DNA from: Pseudomonas aeruginosa
Lineage (GTDB): Bacteria > Pseudomonadota > Gammaproteobacteria > Pseudomonadales > Pseudomonadaceae
Direction: 5' to 3'
DNA: 32,000 nucleotides
Assembly (NCBI RefSeq): GCF_001457615.1
Contig: NZ_LN831024.1
Span: 5,460,001-5,492,000 of the forward strand
Shown here: positions 29,196 to 32,000 of the stretch, one piece after another
Numbering within the stretch: position 1 is the stretch's first letter
Layout of the letters: each line of letters starts with the position of its first letter
The notes under the pieces: model-generated
Told to the model about the DNA's origin: nothing
The model's database searches: none
Seen by the model: the letters and a program-made list of their open reading frames with translations, nothing else
Made by a program: the position numbers and the translations under genes

Positions 29196-30545
29196 ATGTT
29201 GGAAAAAGTGCTGATCGCCAACCGCGGCGAAATCGCCTTGCGCATCCTTCGCGCATGCAAGGAGCTGGGGATCAAGACGGTGGCGGTACACTCCACCGCC
29301 GACCGCGAGTTGATGCACCTGTCGCTCGCCGACGAATCGGTGTGCATCGGTCCGGCCCCGGCCACCCAGTCGTACCTGCAGATCCCGGCGATCATCGCCG
29401 CGGCCGAGGTCACCGGCGCCACCGCGATCCACCCCGGCTACGGCTTCCTCGCCGAGAACGCCGACTTCGCCGAGCAGATCGAACGCTCCGGCTTCACCTT
29501 CGTCGGCCCGACCGCCGAGGTGATCCGCCTGATGGGCGACAAGGTCTCGGCCAAGGACGCCATGAAGCGCGCCGGCGTCCCCACCGTGCCGGGCTCCGAC
29601 GGCCCGCTGCCGGAAGATGAAGAAACCGCCCTGGCGATCGCCCGCGAGGTCGGCTACCCGGTGATCATCAAGGCCGCCGGCGGCGGCGGTGGTCGCGGCA
29701 TGCGCGTGGTCTACGACGAATCCGAGCTGATCAAGTCGGCCAAGCTGACCCGCACCGAGGCCGGCGCGGCGTTCGGCAACCCGATGGTCTACCTGGAGAA
29801 GTTCCTGACCAACCCGCGCCACGTGGAAGTCCAGGTGCTTTCCGACGGCCAGGGCAACGCCATCCACCTCGGCGACCGCGACTGCTCCCTGCAGCGCCGC
29901 CACCAGAAGGTGATCGAAGAGGCGCCGGCCCCCGGCATCGACGAGAAGGCCCGTCAGGAAGTCTTCGCCCGCTGCGTCCAGGCCTGCATCGAGATCGGCT
30001 ACCGCGGCGCCGGCACCTTCGAGTTCCTCTACGAGAACGGCCGCTTCTACTTCATCGAGATGAACACTCGCGTGCAGGTGGAGCACCCGGTATCTGAGAT
30101 GGTCACCGGTGTCGACATCGTCAAGGAGATGCTGCGCATCGCCTCCGGCGAGAAGCTCTCGATCCGCCAGGAGGACGTGGTCATCCGCGGCCATGCGCTG
30201 GAATGCCGGATCAACGCCGAAGACCCGAAGACCTTCATGCCCAGCCCGGGCAAGGTCAAGCACTTCCACGCCCCCGGCGGCAACGGCGTGCGCGTCGACT
30301 CGCACCTCTACAGCGGCTACAGCGTGCCGCCGAACTACGACTCGCTGGTCGGCAAGGTCATCACCTACGGTGCCGACCGCGACGAGGCGCTGGCGCGGAT
30401 GCGCAATGCCCTGGACGAGTTGATCGTCGACGGTATCAAGACCAATACCGAACTGCACAAGGACCTGGTGCGCGACGCCGCCTTCTGCAAGGGCGGGGTG
30501 AACATCCATTACCTGGAGAAGAAACTGGGTATGGACAAGCACTGA
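29196..30545 (+). CDS. accC: acetyl-CoA carboxylase biotin carboxylase subunit
   Basis: 449 aa: [47 protein letters not shown]... and [26 protein letters not shown]. Confidence 0.98.
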   Translation: MLEKVLIANRGEIALRILRACKELGIKTVAVHSTADRELMHLSLADESVCIGPAPATQSYLQIPAIIAAAEVTGATAIHPGYGFLAENADFAEQIERSGFTFVGPTAEVIRLMGDKVSAKDAMKRAGVPTVPGSDGPLPEDEETALAIAREVGYPVIIKAAGGGGGRGMRVVYDESELIKSAKLTRTEAGAAFGNPMVYLEKFLTNPRHVEVQVLSDGQGNAIHLGDRDCSLQRRHQKVIEEAPAPGIDEKARQEVFARCVQACIEIGYRGAGTFEFLYENGRFYFIEMNTRVQVEHPVSEMVTGVDIVKEMLRIASGEKLSIRQEDVVIRGHALECRINAEDPKTFMPSPGKVKHFHAPGGNGVRVDSHLYSGYSVPPNYDSLVGKVITYGADRDEALARMRNALDELIVDGIKTNTELHKDLVRDAAFCKGGVNIHYLEKKLGMDKH

Positions 30546-30562
30546 TCCGTCAGTCGCTGCGC

Positions 30563-30590
30563 ACAAGGGCTGCCTCCGGGCGGCCCTTGT
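30563..30590 (+). terminator. hairpin downstream of accC
   Basis: ACAAGGGCtGCCtccgGGCgGCCCTTGT about 17 nt beyond the accC stop, followed by a short CGTTTCC. Confidence 0.6.
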
Positions 30591-30655
30591 CGTTTCCGCC
30601 TGCCGGCCGCCCCAACGGTGCTATCCTCGTCGCCCCTCCACCACCGGACTCCTGC

Positions 30656-31522
30656 ATGGAACGCATCCGCCGCTGGTACCGCCAATCGCTGGCCGCCGCG
30701 ACCGAGGCCGCGACCTGCTTCGCCCTGGGTTTCAGGGAAAGCCTGCAACCCGCCGCACTCTTCCGCTCCGCGAGCCTGTGCATTCTCGTCAGCGTGCTGT
30801 GCACCTGGCTGTTCGTGCATTTCTTCGAACCGATCATCCGCCTCTGCGGCTGGGCCGCGCTGTACACGGCATTCAGCGTGGCCAACTTCGCCCTGATCCC
30901 CAGCGGCTCGCTGATCGAGGCCGGCAGCGGTGGCCCGTACTTCGATCCGCTGGCGGCCTTCAACGGCCTGGCGGGACTGGCGCAACTGGCGTTCTATTTC
31001 GTCGGCTATGCCGCGCTGTTCTTCGTCGCCCTGTACGCCGCCAGCATCGTCTTCGGCATCCGCCTGGGCCTGCGCATCGGCCTGCTCGGACAACTGAAGG
31101 AACAGGTCCGCCAACGCTACCCGCGACTGGCACCTGCCTCCGGCGAAAGGATCTCGCTGTGGCGTGCCGCCGGCTTCCGCCTGGCACCCTGGCTGGGCGT
31201 TTCCGGATCGATCCTGGTCGGCCTGCTGGTTCCGCTCTACAACGGTGTACTCCTGCTGCTGGCGCTGGCCTACCTGAACATCCGCTTCCTGCTGCCCGCC
31301 ACGCTGGCCGGGCTGGCCGATGCCGGCGAGCAGCTCGCCGTGCTTCGTGCTCGCCGCGGCAGCCTGTTGCTGTTCGGCCTGCTGATACTGCTCCTGGCGC
31401 TGGTGCCGCTGCTCAACCTGCTGCTGCCGGCGGTGCTCGGCGGCGGTACCTGCCACCTGGCCAATCGCGGCCTGGCGCAACTGCGCGGCGAGGCCACGGC
31501 AGAGAGTGGCAGCGCCGGCTAG
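30656..31522 (+). CDS. EI24/CysZ-like integral membrane protein
   Basis: 288 aa: [39 protein letters not shown]... with multiple TM segments. The family assignment is tentative. Confidence 0.75.
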   Translation: MERIRRWYRQSLAAATEAATCFALGFRESLQPAALFRSASLCILVSVLCTWLFVHFFEPIIRLCGWAALYTAFSVANFALIPSGSLIEAGSGGPYFDPLAAFNGLAGLAQLAFYFVGYAALFFVALYAASIVFGIRLGLRIGLLGQLKEQVRQRYPRLAPASGERISLWRAAGFRLAPWLGVSGSILVGLLVPLYNGVLLLLALAYLNIRFLLPATLAGLADAGEQLAVLRARRGSLLLFGLLILLLALVPLLNLLLPAVLGGGTCHLANRGLAQLRGEATAESGSAG

Positions 31523-31546
31523 CCTCAAGTAAGCTTGCGCGGTGGA

Positions 31547-31574
31547 AAACGGGTCGCCCCTGGGCGGCCCGTTT
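31547..31574 (+). terminator. hairpin between the EI24-like gene and prmA
   Basis: AAACGGGtcGCCCctGGGCggCCCGTTT, followed by CGTTTA. Confidence 0.6.
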
Positions 31575-31602
31575 CGTTTACAGCCGCAACAGAGGTCGCC
31601 CC

Positions 31603-32000
31603 ATGCCCTGGTTACAAGTTCGCCTGGCCATCACCCCGGAACAGGCCGAAACCTACGAAGACGCCCTGCTCGAAGTCGGCGCCGTCTCCGTGACCTTCAT
31701 GGACGCCGAAGACCAGCCGATCTTCGAGCCGGACCTCGGCACCACCCCGCTGTGGTCGCGCACCCACCTGCTGGCGCTGTTCGAAGCGGACACCGATGAG
31801 ACCGCCCTGCTCGCCCACCTCGCCTTGCTTACCGGCGGCGACCTGCCCGAGCACCATGTCGAGGAAATCGCCGACCAGGATTGGGAACGCAGCTGGATGG
31901 ACAACTTCCAGCCGATGCGTTTCGGCCGCCGCCTGTGGATCGTGCCGAGCTGGCACGCCGCCCCCGAGCCGGACGCGGTCAACCTGCTGCTCGATCCGGG
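31603..32000 (+). CDS. prmA: ribosomal protein L11 methyltransferase (partial, runs off window)
   Basis: [51 protein letters not shown]...[27 protein letters not shown], the PrmA N-terminal domain. Confidence 0.95.
   Translation, partial: MPWLQVRLAITPEQAETYEDALLEVGAVSVTFMDAEDQPIFEPDLGTTPLWSRTHLLALFEADTDETALLAHLALLTGGDLPEHHVEEIADQDWERSWMDNFQPMRFGRRLWIVPSWHAAPEPDAVNLLLDP

Overview
This is a high-GC pseudomonad chromosomal window. Gene content and order match my memory of Pseudomonas aeruginosa around PA4822-PA4850. I assigned this from protein motifs and synteny, not from a database search. Features in order: a Na/Pi-cotransporter-like gene (left edge), two hypotheticals, mgtA with a long untranslated-looking leader, arylamine N-acetyltransferase, a DUF2214-like membrane protein, lpd3-type dihydrolipoamide dehydrogenase, a thioesterase and TetR regulator, an SDR oxidoreductase, a hemolysin III family protein, a four-gene opine metallophore operon (cntO-cntL-cntM-cntI, 16249 to 11168 on the minus strand), a divergent DUF1624-type membrane protein, speA, Sui1/YciH, a NUDIX hydrolase, a DUF2333-like protein, a REC-GGDEF response regulator (gcbA), the chemoreceptor ctpL, a frameshifted dipZ/dsbD, aroQ, accB, accC, a CysZ/EI24-like membrane protein and the start of prmA. 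The most system-like locus is the metallophore operon preceded by a Zur-box-like palindrome. It matches the pseudopaline (zincophore) system, so it is probably already described. The least explained signals are: (1) a minus-strand uORF starting MDEPPSRP with a strong Shine-Dalgarno upstream of mgtA, followed by a hairpin overlapping the mgtA ribosome-binding site; (2) a one-base homopolymer frameshift in dipZ; (3) a shared 14-bp near-palindrome upstream of the thioesterase/TetR pair and the SDR gene; (4) tandem palindromes upstream of aroQ-accBC. No CRISPR array, tRNA, rRNA or mobile element was recognised.
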